From: Octopus vulgaris
Lineage: Eukaryota
Reading direction: 5' to 3'
DNA: 64,000 bases
Assembly (NCBI GenBank): GCA_951406725.2
Contig: OX597830.1
Coordinates: 62,682,001 to 62,746,000 of the forward strand
This document shows positions 51,258 through 64,000 of this stretch, piece by piece (position 1 is the first letter of the stretch; the number at the start of each line of letters is the position of its first letter). Below the pieces are notes generated by a model. That model worked only from the letters and a program-made list of their open reading frames with translations. It ran no database searches and was not told the DNA's origin. The position numbers and the translations under genes were made by a program.

Positions 51258-51332
51258 TATTCGCTTATTCCGGAACTTAATTTATTCGCTTATTCCGGAA
51301 CTTAATTTATTCGCTTATTCCGGAACTTAATT
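51258..51332. repeat. 3 x 25-bp perfect tandem repeat in the MRPL28 upstream region
   Basis: TATTCGCTTATTCCGGAACTTAATT x3, with partial copies at about 51373 and 51394; contains the TTCCGGAA palindrome (ETS-like core). Confidence 0.85.
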
Positions 51333-54226
51333 ACACCGCATCATAATACAATAGAAATTATTTCCCTTTAAACCGGAACTTACATAAGCAAACTATTCGC
51401 TTATTCCAGAATAAACCTAGTAAATCATTGTCTTATTTGAAAAAAAGGTATTACTCTAATTTCCTGAAACTTAAATAATAGAAATAACCGAAGCAGGGTT
51501 TAAATTTTGCTTCGCTTTGCTTTTTGTTCGAGTAATTCATTTTTCTCACGAAGGTCAAAATAACCCCCCCCATCTTCTTTCTGTACTTGACTCAACCACT
51601 CTCCTCTCTCATCTCTTATTCCCGAACGAGAATATAATCGTCGGTGTAAATCATCATTTTATTTAAACCTCCACTAATTTTCATATTTAAATTTCATTAA
51701 TATTTGTTCAGTATAATTGAAATATCACAAAAATAATAACTTGAATCGAGAAAATTGAGTCTGTCTCATATAAATACAATTATTAATCGTGATGAAAGTT
51801 ATCGAAAGGAAAAAAACAACTTTTAGCAATATTTTTTGTTTTCAAATAAAATTTTCCTTTAGAAAATGTGATGGCTTATTTCTATAAAATAATAAATGTT
51901 CTTTCGTTTATTCTATTAAATATTTCTTTTGTGTTTATGTGTATAATACCCATTTATAGCGGTAAGAGCGGGGCAATATTTACAGAGGGATTTTCTACCG
52001 TTTTCTCTTCGATAACAAAGAGAGTTAGCTCCTCTTCGTCTTTAATTTTATTATTAATATTAATTATGTTCCGAGTTCGAATCACGCCGGGTTTACTAAC
52101 ATTATTTTTCATTCTTCGGGAGTCGATAAAATAAATACCAGTCATGTACTGATGTTGAGTTAATCTGCAATACACTCACCCGAAAGCATGTGGTCTAATG
52201 TTTAGGTTAAAAACCACAATTATTATTATTTCTAACTTTTTCTGATACTAATGAATGAATAAGACAACTGCGCAGAATAAAATTAAATGTCCAGAAAAAA
52301 ATACGATTATCATTATTTAAAAATAATAATATTTGTATAATAAAGTATTAAATTTATAAATTATGACTTCGGTTACACAGAATACTTTATATATTTTTCT
52401 TTTGTTCGCGGTAACTACTTTTAGGGTGACTCGTGTTATGGAACTTCTGTTACATTAAAGAAATGTTTCGAATCCCTTGTTTCTCCTATATTAAAAGACC
52501 CATTATTTCACAATACACACGCTCACACACATATATATGCAACTAAGGAATTAAATATGACATTCTTAAAGCAGAATTTTTTTTTTTCTCTAAATCTCAT
52601 TTATTCTTTTACATGTCAATATTCAGGAATATCCACACGTCGAATATATAATGCTATATAAACCTAATAACAAACACATACGCGTACACGCCTATGCGTA
52701 TATTTTTATCTGTATTTGAGTATTTGTGAGTATGTGTGTGTGTGTGTGTATTTGTGTAGCTATGTATGTAGTTGTTTGTATGTTTGCTGTTTGTGTGTAT
52801 GTGTATGTATGTATGTGTGTGTGTGTGCGTGTGCGGCTTAATTTACTCTTTAAACATGGCTGCCCCCATCCAGCTGTTTCCGTGTCTCGGTGTTGGCAAA
52901 ATATTTATTCGGTTGTTATAATAATAACAACAATAATTGCCATCATTTCCATAACCTTGTACCCCACCGGCTTAACTTACCCTCTACATTCAGCTAACAC
53001 AAATCGACATTGTCATAAAATCCATTATTACAGGTATGGTCATTCCTTTATCTAAACTGTTTATATTAACCACTTTATATTATGTTTTAAAAATCAATTA
53101 TCGGCTTTTGTATTAATTGTGGCTTTATTTAGCTTAGACACGAAACCTGGTCGTTAGAACAGATTCTTTAAAATTTTCGAGTGGATTTTGCTGTATATTA
53201 CTGGTTTCTATTTGATCGATCTCAGACGGATTTCACGTAGAATCGTAGAGGCGAAATTATATGATATTCAAACCATTTAACTCCAGCACCCGTGTCAGCC
53301 TGGAATAACGATTTCTAGCACCGGAACAAGGCCATGGAGTTTCTATGAGGTGGGTTCGTATGGTCGTATTATATCAGCAGCACCGAAACTTGACTGGTAC
53401 CTCATTCCATCGGCCCCGGAAGGATGACAATCAATGTCGACTTTGGTAGGAGTTGAACTTGGGACGTCGAGAAACGAAACTAAAATGCTACGAGGGTACA
53501 TGACAAGGACAAATTTCAAAGACGTGAAAGTTTCTACATTGACTCGAATATGAGAATGAGAAAACAGACATACAAAAAGTGTCAGTATCATTTTTAATAT
53601 CGTTATACAAAAATTCAAAACAATCTATTTGACATTTCCTTTCACTTTAAACCAACAATCATTTCCTGGCGAATCGGTTTCGATTCTTTATTGAATTAGT
53701 TTCACTTCTCTTCGGTATCCTGACGTCACTAATGTCATTGGAAAAGGCATGAACGTCGCACCGTCTTATTTCATTAATTAAAAGAAACAAATATATATTT
53801 TATTTTATCTTTTCATACTTTCTAACTATGATATTACTAAAATTACGTATGTCATATATAAAATAAATAGATAAGCAGGTTAGTCCTGTTCTCTGACGCC
53901 AGACCACAATCAGAGGGAAACAAGGGAGTTGGAACTTCACTCGCCAATGATTACGCAATATATATATATGTGCGTGTCCGAGTGTATATATATATATATA
54001 TATAGAAAATAGTAAAAAAGTGAAAAAACTACAGAAGGCTTGTTTTAAACACCAACTTTCTCACCTATATACACACATAACAAAAGTAAAAGCAATTTGA
54101 ATTTTTTTAATTATTAATTTTATTTTTTTATAATTCTGTCTGGTGACTGGTGGCATGTAACTAAAGCGATATTATTTTCCCTAGCCTTTGAAACTATCGT
54201 CTACGATTAAATACGACCCCACCCCC

Positions 54227-54438
54227 CAGTGCTCCTTCTAATTTTTTCCCTTTGTGCGCAGAAATTTGCTTGTGTGCAAATTTTGTTTTTCTGTGCACAC
54301 CTATTGCAACTAACCATCTTCAATTTCAAAAACTTCAATTTCATTTTGAAAAATCATGTGCGCGCACATTTTTTTTCTTTGTGCGCGACTTCCAAAACGT
54401 GTGCGCGCGCACAAGCGCACGGCTTAAAGAGGCCCCTG
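54227..54438. mobile_element. hAT-like MITE
   Basis: Imperfect CAG...TAA / TTA...CTG ends with internal GCGCAC repeats. Confidence 0.45.
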
Positions 54439-55892
54439 GGAACCCCTCCTTTCTGCATCCCTTCTACACAGACCAAGTAACTTTGAATTTAAACAGTGAT
54501 GTGAATGAAATTATATACTAGATTTGTTTATGGTCTTTAATGTTTATGTAACTACACTAGAAGTTTATATCTGTATATATATATATATATCCCACACCAC
54601 TAATTAACATAGAAATATCTTAATTTAATTAAGAATTCTTGTTAATTATTATTGATTAGCATTTCAGCTCTAGGTTTAACTCACATGTTGGGGTCCCTAG
54701 TTGAATATGCCCCTTACACCCACACACACCTCTGTGTTGTTCTTTCTGCGAATGTTCGTTCTGTCATTTCTGACCAAAAGTCATTCCATTATATAATGGC
54801 CAGAATAAACACAATTCCAGACACTACACTTTTGAAATTTGATGTGAAACTGGTCAAGTGTATTCTTATATTTTAAAATGTAATTAAATTCTAATCAATT
54901 ATAATATATTCTGTACATTTCCAACTTCATTTTTGCAATCCCTCTGGATTAATAACATATATAAATACATACATAGAGAGCGTGTCCTTATTTTTAATGC
55001 GCCTAGTTGTGATTTCAGAGAGATTTAGCTGCTCTTTCTAACCGTTTGAGCAACTATATAGAGGCTTTCTTCCTCTTTGGCTCCAGTAACAGACTTCAGT
55101 CAGTCGTATCTGATTGAGAAAGACCTATGTTGTGAAATACCTGAGGTGTTGTGATTTCAGAGCGATTAAAGACCAACTCATTTGGATCCAATGGGTACCA
55201 ATTAAATACTGAAGTGTCGATTTTATTAAATATCTCCCCTACACGATGAAAAAATGTGTGGCTTTGTCCCTCAATTATAATTCGGGATTCAGTAAAAAGA
55301 ATTTCATCATCTCTCTCCGCCGCCAAGAATATCTGACTGAGCCGGGAACCATGTGGTTGGAAACCAGAAAGCAATGCGAGGAATTTTGTTTGTTTATTTA
55401 TTTTTGCTTCCATCTCGTCAATACGAGAAATAAAAACAAAAAAAACTTTCGCGAAAGAATCCCAAAGCAATTGAATAATAGCAAAAAAGAAATACATTGT
55501 ACTCCAATATAATACATGAATGGTTCGTTTTGCGTTGTTCGTTTCGGTTTAAATTATTCTGTGTGTGTTCTGCCTCTTGTCTAATGAAAAAGTAGATGGT
55601 ACATACCAGGAATATCTACCTGTCTGTTTGCCTGCCTGTATGTATGTATTTGCTGTCTCAGAACCTCCCAAAACTAGACACCATTATATCTAAGCATTGT
55701 TCAAACCTAATTAGGCTACCTGTGAAGAAGATCAAACAATAACAAAGTAAGCGATCTTCACAAACTATGAAGTCACAAACACTTTCCAGTTTATATGAAT
55801 CCAAGAACCCAGAATAACGAGACTAAACTATTTTAAAAACTCACATTATGAGAAAGAAAGAAAGAGAGAGAGAGGTTTGGTAATACAAACAG

Positions 55893-55923
<31 letters not shown>

Positions 55924-56076
55924 CCTAGATAGATAGATAGATAGATAGATCCTAGATAGATAGATAGAGAGATAGATCCTAGATAGATAGGTAGATAGAT
56001 AGAGAGATAGATCCTAGATAGATAGAGAGATATATGGATAGATAGATATATGGATAGATAGATAGATAGATAGATA
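55893..56076. repeat. (GATA)n microsatellite
   Basis: GATA/TAGA tandem array with interruptions. Confidence 0.95.
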
Positions 56077-56803
56077 AGACTTTAAAAAACATGAATTTAT
56101 ATTGATTTAATCGGCAGAAGTTACAAATTGACTCAAGATTTTATGTCACTAGTAATAAATAAATACATACATAGATACATACATATATATTAAAGGATGT
56201 TCCTGTTTGCTTATATATATTATATAATATATATATACAGGCGAATAGGAACGTTTTTTGTGATATTTTTGTAGCTTTAATAATAATAACGTCTCTCTCA
56301 CATATATCTGTATAATTATATTTATAAAATTGCGACATTGGGCGGTTTTCTTAACTATAAAAAATCCACTTTCACTTTCCTTGGTTGCATCATTTGGCGA
56401 TCAGTCGATGATTTGGGACTAAGCGATTCTCCATATATATACTCATATACACATACCGTACATATGTAAATGTTTTTTTGTGTAGAGTTGTATATCAAAG
56501 CAATTTAACATTTTAAAACTTTTGGGCAAAATTTCGATATTAGTACGACGTCATTGAGCCACACTAACTTCCCTTATGACATAAAGGCTAAAACTGAAAA
56601 GGAGATTGAACGAAGCCTTCTCCTTGGTGACCGGTAATAAAGTCGCAATTTTGGCTAGGAAAAAAAGTCATAATTAATTTATGGGATCCGGACAAAACCC
56701 CTGTGACTTTTTTTTTTTTTTTTTTTAACCTGGATTCGTCTCCTCACACCGAAACTCTTTAGACCAATACCGAACGAACGCCAACTTTTGTAAAGAGGAA
56801 GTT

Positions 56804-56849
56804 AATAGTGACTTTGAAGTTTCGGCTTCTTCGCCTTCATCGGACTGTC
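56804..56849 (-). ncRNA. Type I hammerhead ribozyme motif (U4C variant)
   Basis: Minus strand: GACAGT-CCGATGA-A-GGC(gaagaa)GCC-GAAA-CTT(ca)AAG-TC-ACTATT. About 75 nt downstream is an A-tract (plus-strand T run at 56707-56726). Confidence 0.6.
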
Positions 56850-57197
56850 GAGGGTGGGCCAGAAGTCACGCACAAAATAAGTTCGTTCCGGAATTGTCAA
56901 AGACAGGCTTAAATTTTTCTAAGATTGAAAAAAATAGATAAAATAATGATGAATACACACTTTCTTGTGCACGATGAATAAAAATGAAGATTAATAATGA
57001 TAATATATAATAAAAATAAAATAATTATATATATACAGGAGTGGCTGTGTGGTAAGTAGCTTGCTAACAAACCACATGGTTCCGGGTTCAGTCCCACTGC
57101 GTGGCATCTTGGGCAAGTGTCTTCTACTATAGTCTCGGACCGAACCAAAGTCTTGTGAGTGGATTTGGTAGACGGAAACTGAAAGAAGCCTGTCGTA

Positions 57198-57245
<48 letters not shown>

Positions 57246-57520
57246 TGTGTGTCTGTGTTTGTCCCTCTAGCATTGTTTGACAACCGATGCTGGTGTGTTT
57301 ACGTCCCCGTCACTTAGCGGTTCGGCAAAAGAGACCGATAGAATAAGCACTGGGCTTACAAAGAATAAGTTCCGGGGTCGATTTGCTCGACTAAAGGCGG
57401 TGCTCCAGCATGGCCGCAGTCAAAATGACTGAAACAGGTAAAAGAGTATATATAATATACATAAAATGTCAAATGTTTTGGTAACTTTTGGCCCACTTTG
57501 TATATCGACAATTTAAGGAC

Positions 57521-57561
<41 letters not shown>

Positions 57562-59972
57562 TCTTTTACTTGTTTCAGTCATTTGACTGCGGCCATGCTG
57601 GAGCACCGCCTTTTGTCGAACAAATCGACCCCAGGACTTATTCTTTGTAAGCCTAGTACTTATTGTATCGGTCTGTTTTGCCGAACGGATAGATTACGGG
57701 GACGTAGACGCACCAACACCGGTTGTCAAGCAGTGACACGGAGACAGACACAAAGACACACACATAAATATGTTTGCGTTTGTCTACCTATCACCGCTTG
57801 ACAACCTGTGTTGGTGTGTTTACGTTTACGTAACTTAGCGGTTCTGCAAAAGAGACCGATAGAATAAGCACCAGGCTTTAAAAAATAAGCCCTGGGGTCG
57901 ATTTGTTCAACTAAAAGGTGGTGCTCCAGCATAGCCACAGTCACATGACTGAAACAAGTGTATGTGTGTATAGTTTTCATTTAACCCTGGGTCACTCTCA
58001 GGCCGACAGGTGGAATGATACACGGAGCAATCTGACGCTATTTGCAATGAATTACATAACAGAAATTGACTCTATTCTTAATTTGTATCCATGTAGTGGT
58101 GTTGTTGTTTTAGCCTCAGCTCAGCTCATGTAGCAAACCCCCTAGGATCAAAGATGGTTCAAGCATGACCATATCGCCTTTAGGACAGCTTTATACAATG
58201 ACTTTTCTAAGTTTTCATTTACTCTTTTACTTGTTTCAGTCATTTGACTGCAGCCATGCTGGAGCACCGCCTTTAGTCGAGCAAATCGACCCCGGGACTT
58301 ATTCTTTGTAAGCCCAGTACTTATTCTATCGGTCTCTTTTGCCAAACCGCTAAGTGACAGGGACGTAAACACACCAGCATCGGTTGTCAAGCAATGCTAG
58401 AGGGACAAACATATACATACACATACATACATATATATACATATATACGACAGGCTTCTTTCAGTTTCCGTCTACCAAATCCACTCACAAGGCATTGGTC
58501 GGCCCGGGGCTATAGCAGAGACACTTGCCCAAGATGCCACACAGTGGGACTGAACCCAGAACCATGTGGTTGGCACGCAAGCTACTTACCACACAGCCAC
58601 TCCTGCGCCTATTTTATTTATTTTTTTTTGTTTTTTCTTAATTGGTAGTCTGTGATTTTTAAGAAGACTTGGCTGTGAATCTTCAGAATTGCTATGTAGA
58701 AAGTGGAAAGAAATATAATTATTATCACTATTGAATACTTTTTAAATTTCCACGGACATTTTTCAGCAGATATTTGTTTTAGCGTGGATATTTTTTACAC
58801 TCCGCTCTATTCCTGTTTAACTTTTATTTTATCATAACCACCTCCAATGTTTTTTTTAAAATCTACTGATTTATATTTTTCAAACATCAGTGATGCAGAA
58901 TTAGAAAGAAATATAATAATCACAATTTAAGTGGAATTCATTAAAATTTATTTTTCAAAGGCTCACAGTTAATTAATGAACTTGCCAAAACATCTGAGAG
59001 ATCTCCTTGGATTAGTGGTGGATATCTTGAACATCTTGGCCCTGCTGTCCATGATCCCAGATGGATCTATATCATCATCATCATCATCATCGTTTAACGT
59101 CCACTTTCCATGCTAGCATGGGTTGGACGATTCAACTGGGGTCTGGGAAGCCAGAAGGCTGCACCAGGCCAGTCAGATCTGGCAGTGTTTCTACAGCAAT
59201 TCAAGAGGGCAGCAGTATCAAACTCCTTTCACCAAAGGCCAATTGTGTAAGAATGGCCATTGAAAAGGGAATTTACACTGGCAGTGCTCCAGCATGGCCA
59301 CAGTATTTGGGCTGAAACATATAAAAGAATACACAGAGTAAGCTTAGAGGATTTGCAGCTTCAGTACCTTTATACATATATTCTTACACGCACACACACA
59401 AACACATTCATACATGTGTAATTTGAATCATATCCACATTATGCAAAGACTGCCTGACTGGCACCCGTGCCAGTGGCACGTAAAAAGCACCATTCAAGTG
59501 TGGTCGATGCCAGTGCCGCCTGACTAGCTCCCATGCCAGTGGCATGGAAAAAGCACCATTTAAGCATGGTCATTGCCAGTACTGCCTGACTGGCTCTCGT
59601 GGCAGGGCACATAAAAAGTACCCACTACACTCACGGAGTGGTTGGCATTTGGAAGGGCATCCAGCTGTAGAAACTTCGCCAGATCAGCTTGGTGCTGCCT
59701 TCTGGCCTACCAGTCCTCAGTCAAACCGTTCAACCCATGACAATGATGATGATGATGATTCATGGGTGTGTCCACTTTGTCAGATGTTCAATGATAGTGA
59801 TTGTGTCCTTGAATATCTGACAAGGTGGACGTGTCCTACAATCCCCTGAAACCTTTAAGTAATGTGGAGCTGAGTCAGATTGTTATTAAATGCAAGTAAC
59901 TCCAACTAAATGTATTGAGTGCTACTTTCATTTGTTCACTCACTCATATATCTGTGTGTGTTTGTATGGGAA

Positions 59973-60015
<43 letters not shown>

Positions 60016-60383
60016 GTGTGTGTATGCATCATCATTCATCATCTATTTAACCCATTCATGCCAAAATTTTTCTCGTGAATGAAATTGCCTGAAAAATCAC
60101 AGAGACTATTATTTTGACCTAAATCATTCATCATCATCCTTTAACGTCCGCTTTCCATGCTGGCATGGGTTGGACGATTTGATTGGGGACTGGTGAACCA
60201 GATGGTTGCACCAAGCTCCAATCTGATCTGGCAGAGTTTCTACAGCTGGATGCCTTTCCTAACGCCAACCACTCCGAGAGTGCAGTGGGTGCTTTTATGT
60301 GCCACCGGCATGAGGGCCAGTCTGGCGATACTGGAAATGGCCACGCTCGAAATGGTGTTTTTTACCTGCCACCTGCGCAGGAG

Positions 60384-60422
<39 letters not shown>

Positions 60423-60889
60423 TGCAGGCATGGCTGTGTGGTAAGTAGCTTGCTTATCAACCACAGGGTTCCTGGTTCAGTCCCACTGTGTGGCACCTTG
60501 GGCAAGTGTCTTCTACTATAGCCTCAGGCCGACCAAAGCCTTGTGAGTGGATTTGGTAGATGGAAACTGAAAGAAGCCTATCATGTATATGTGTGTGTGT
60601 GCATCTGTGTTTGTCCCCCCATCATTGCTTGACAACTGATGTTGGTGTGTTTACGTCCCCGTAACTTAGCAGTTCGGTAAAAGAGACCAATAGGATAAGT
60701 ACTAGGCTGGCAAAGAATAAGTCCTGGAGTTAGTTTGTTTGACCAAAGGCGGTGCTCCAGCATGACCACAGTGTGACTGAAACAAATAAAAGAATACACA
60801 CATACATACACCTTTTATTTCTTACTAGTTTCATTCAACAAGAGGCTGAGGCCATGCTGGAGCACTGCCTTTCAGTGAGTTTGCGTCTC

Positions 60890-61250
60890 TGTAATGTTCC
60901 TGGTGAAGTAGTGAGTCGGATGGAACTGCTCTTCTTCATACCTCCTGTCATGATGTGGCTTCATCTGATATCTCAAGTACAAAATTTGCCCAGAAGCTCT
61001 TTGAAGACCTCCATCTCCTCCTCACAAATCTCTGATTTTGCTCAGCAGGATGTTGAATAATTGTAGATGTGTGGTACTGAAAAACTCATCAGGCTTGCTC
61101 ATTTGCATATTTCCAAGTGGAATGGTGAAGACACTTTGGAATTGTTTATTTAGCACTTCACTTATCCTCTACGATTACAGAGCTGCCTTTTTTCAAACAG
61201 TGTCTCTATTCTGTCGTGCACTTAGCAGATCTTTTCACAAACTTGTAGAA
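60890..61250 (-). mobile_element. LINE (CR1/Jockey-like) ORF2 fragment
   Basis: Minus-strand ISEVLNKQFQSVFT linker motif upstream of an RT-like region; degenerate. Confidence 0.5.
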
Positions 61251-61442
61251 GGCTTTAGGATTCATTTTTTTTATTCATATGCAGGAGTGGCTGTGTGGTA
61301 AGTAGCTTGTTTACCAACCACTTGGTTCCGGGTTCAGTCCCACTGCGTGCCAACTTGGGCAAGTGTCTTCTACTATAGCCTCCGGCCGACCAAAGCCTTG
61401 TGAGTGGATTTGGTAGATGGAAACTGAAAGACGCCCGTCGTA

Positions 61443-61480
<38 letters not shown>

Positions 61481-62619
61481 GCCAGCAGGGTGGCGTATAT
61501 ATAATGGCTAAAACAATGCGAAGCACAATTGTGACCAGCGATGTGTAACAACATCTGATGGCCTGGTCGGTCACGGTGATCACGGTGACATATATATGTA
61601 TATATATATATATATATGCGTGTGTGTGTCTGTGTTTGTCCCCCTAGCATTGCTTGACAACCAATGCTGGTGTGTTTATGTCCCCGTTACTTAGCTGTTC
61701 AGCAAAAGAGACTGATAGAATAAGTACTGGGTTTACAAAGAATAAGTCCCGGGGTCGAGTTGCTCGATTAAAGGCGGTGCTCCAGCATGGCCGCAGTCAA
61801 ATGATTGAAACAAGTAAAAGAGTAAAGGGTAATTTATGTGTGTACATAAAATGACCTAATCCTGGGTCAATACACCATTTTTAGCTGTTTGTGTGTGTCA
61901 AAATGTTAATTTTTTAAACAATAATACACTGTTATTTGAGTGTCACTTGACATGTATGCATTTTACTTTAGCTTTAAGCATTATATAACATGATAAGGTG
62001 GAGAGCTGGCAGAAACGTTAGCACACCGGACGAAATGCGTTGCGGTATTTTGTCTGTCTTTACATTCTGAGTTCAAATTCTGCTGAGATCAACTTTGCCT
62101 TTCAGGCTTTCAGGGTCGATTAAATAAGTACCAGTTACACACTGGGGTTGATGTAATCTATTTCTTTACTACCCACAAGGGGCTAAACACAGAGAGGACA
62201 AAGAAGGACAGACAAACGGATTAAGTCGATTATATCGACCCCAGTGCGTAACTGGTACTTAATTTATCGACCCCGAAAGGATGAAAGGCAAAGTCAACCT
62301 CAGTGGAATTTGAACTCAGAACGTAGCGGCAGACGAAACACCGCTAAGCATTTCGCCTGGCGTGCTAACGTTTCTGCCAGCTCGCCATTGATGTAATCGA
62401 CTTAATCCCTTTGTCTGTCCTTGTTTGTCCCCTCTATGTTTAGCCCCCTGTGGGCAATAAAAAAATGATTATATAACATGATATTACTGGGAGATTTTTC
62501 TTTTTCATCAGCCTGTTGAGTGCTTTTGAGTAAATACTTGGTGATGAATTTTTTGTAACATGATATTGTTAGAAAATTCGTTTTCCCTAGGTCCATTGTA
62601 TGTCGCCGCTAGAAACCCA

Positions 62620-63015
62620 CATCATCATCATTTAGCGTCTGCTTTCCATGCTGGCATGGTTTAAGCTAGAGGGTCACACCAAGTTCCAGTCTAATTTGGT
62701 ATGGTTTCTACAGCTGGATGCCCTTCCTAATATCAACTACTCTGAGAGCGTAACAGGTGCTTTTTACGTGCCACCAGCATGGGTGCCATTTACCTGACAC
62801 TTGCAATGGCCACGACTATGGTTTCACTAATTGTGACAAGTCTTCTCAAGCACAGCATATCGCCAACTGTCTTGGCCACTTGTCGTCACCTCCGTGAGGC
62901 CCATTAAGAAATCATGCTTCACCACCTCATCCCATGTCTTCCTGGGTCTACCTCTACCACAGGTTCCCTCTACAGTTAGAGATTGTCCCCATCCATATGC
63001 ATCACGTGACCACAT
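62620..63015 (-). mobile_element. RTE-clade LINE 3' end with (GAT)n tail
   Basis: VEGTCGRGRPRKTWDEVVKHD motif followed by a tail similar to family C. Confidence 0.7.
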
Positions 63016-63575
63016 ATCTTCCTTATTTTAAAATTTGCAGTTCCTTCTGCCACCATTCTTTTACTTGTTTCAGTCATCTGACTGCGGCCATGCTGGAGCA
63101 CCGCCTTTAGTCGAGCAAATTAACCCCTGGACTTATTCTTTGTAAGTCTACTATTTATTCTATTGGGCTCTTTTGCCGAACCACTAAGTTACGGGGACGT
63201 AAACACACCAGCATCGAGGGGGACAAACACAGAAACACAAACATATATATGACGGGCTTCTTTCAGTTTCCCTCTACCAAATCCACTCACAAGGCTTTGG
63301 TCTACCCGAGGCTATAGTAGAAGTCACTTGCCCAAGGTGCCACGCAGTGGGACTGAACCCGGAACCATGTGGTTGGTAAGCAAGCTACTTACCACACAAC
63401 CACTCCTATGCCTATAGAAAAAATTTTTTTTTAAGTGAAAAACAAAGGATCTTGGAAGTTGAAGAGCAAGTGTCTTGAGCCAAACAAAGCCTTCTCAGTA
63501 GATGTGGTAAATAGAAACTGAAAGAATCCCATCATATATGTGTATGTATGTCTGTAATATATGAGTATATATATG

Positions 63576-63579
<4 letters not shown>

Positions 63580-63609
<30 letters not shown>

Positions 63610-63950
63610 CCCATTAGTTTCTCTGGAATAGAATAAAGAAAAATTTAGTGATATTTCTGGTTTTCACTGAATATTTACCTTTATTATATGGTATTTATTA
63701 CTTCTCTCTCTCTCTCTCTCTCTCTCCCCCTCTCTCTGCTCATCTGAGTCCATCTATCTGTTTTTCTCTGTCTTTCTATCTATTTCTCTCTCTCTCTGTC
63801 TCTCTCTCTTTCTCTCTCTCTCTCTCTCCCTCTCTCTGCTCATCTGAGTCCATCTATCTGTTTTTCTCTCTCTTTCTGTCTGTCTTTATCTCTCTCTCTC
63901 TCTCTCTCTGCCTTTCTTTCTCTCTCTCTGCCTTTCTTTCTCTCTCTCAT
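63580..63950. repeat. (CT)n-rich low-complexity tract with an internal ~45-bp duplication
   Basis: CT runs; CCCCTCTCTCTGCTCATCTGAGTCCATCTATCTG occurs twice. Confidence 0.9.
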
Positions 63951-64000
63951 GGCATTTCTGCAACTTGCTTATTCACCACTAAAGCGTTAAACCAAGGTCA

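Noticed and set aside
51258-51332. CRISPR-like array
   Set aside because: Direct tandem repeats without spacers, in eukaryotic DNA.
53721-53958. CRE (TGACGTCA) and CCAAT/C-EBP motifs as a promoter
   Set aside because: Short motifs with no associated exon identified; could be chance.
55096-55497. 133-aa minus-strand ORF
   Set aside because: Contains a SINE fragment, has no recognisable motif and no convincing splice partners.

Overview
AT-rich, repeat-dense animal genomic DNA; the SINE families and microsatellite load look like octopus/cephalopod (inference). Three protein-coding genes were assembled by hand. (1) RPS15 (+, 5 coding exons, 6940-15999, 152 aa, TCT/TOP start), whose last intron holds two SNORD29-like C/D snoRNAs. 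(2) A convergent 8-exon gene (-, 28827-16433, 610 aa) for a secreted Pif/BMSP-like protein with the unusual order signal peptide-PAN/Apple-long polar spacer-ChtBD2-like-LamG-like. (3) An intronless MRPL28 CDS (-, 50402-51187). The rest is mostly mobile DNA: tRNA- and 5S-headed SINEs, mariner, Tc1, Helitron, MITEs and LINE scraps. The most striking hidden signal is at least six distinct families of type-I hammerhead ribozyme motifs, mostly in fold-back Penelope-like elements. They include a G3:C8 core-swap variant and a tRNA(Pol III)-headed hammerhead element nested in a hAT-type MITE. Almost all short ORFs in the supplied track are repeat artefacts. All calls were made by eye, with no database searches.
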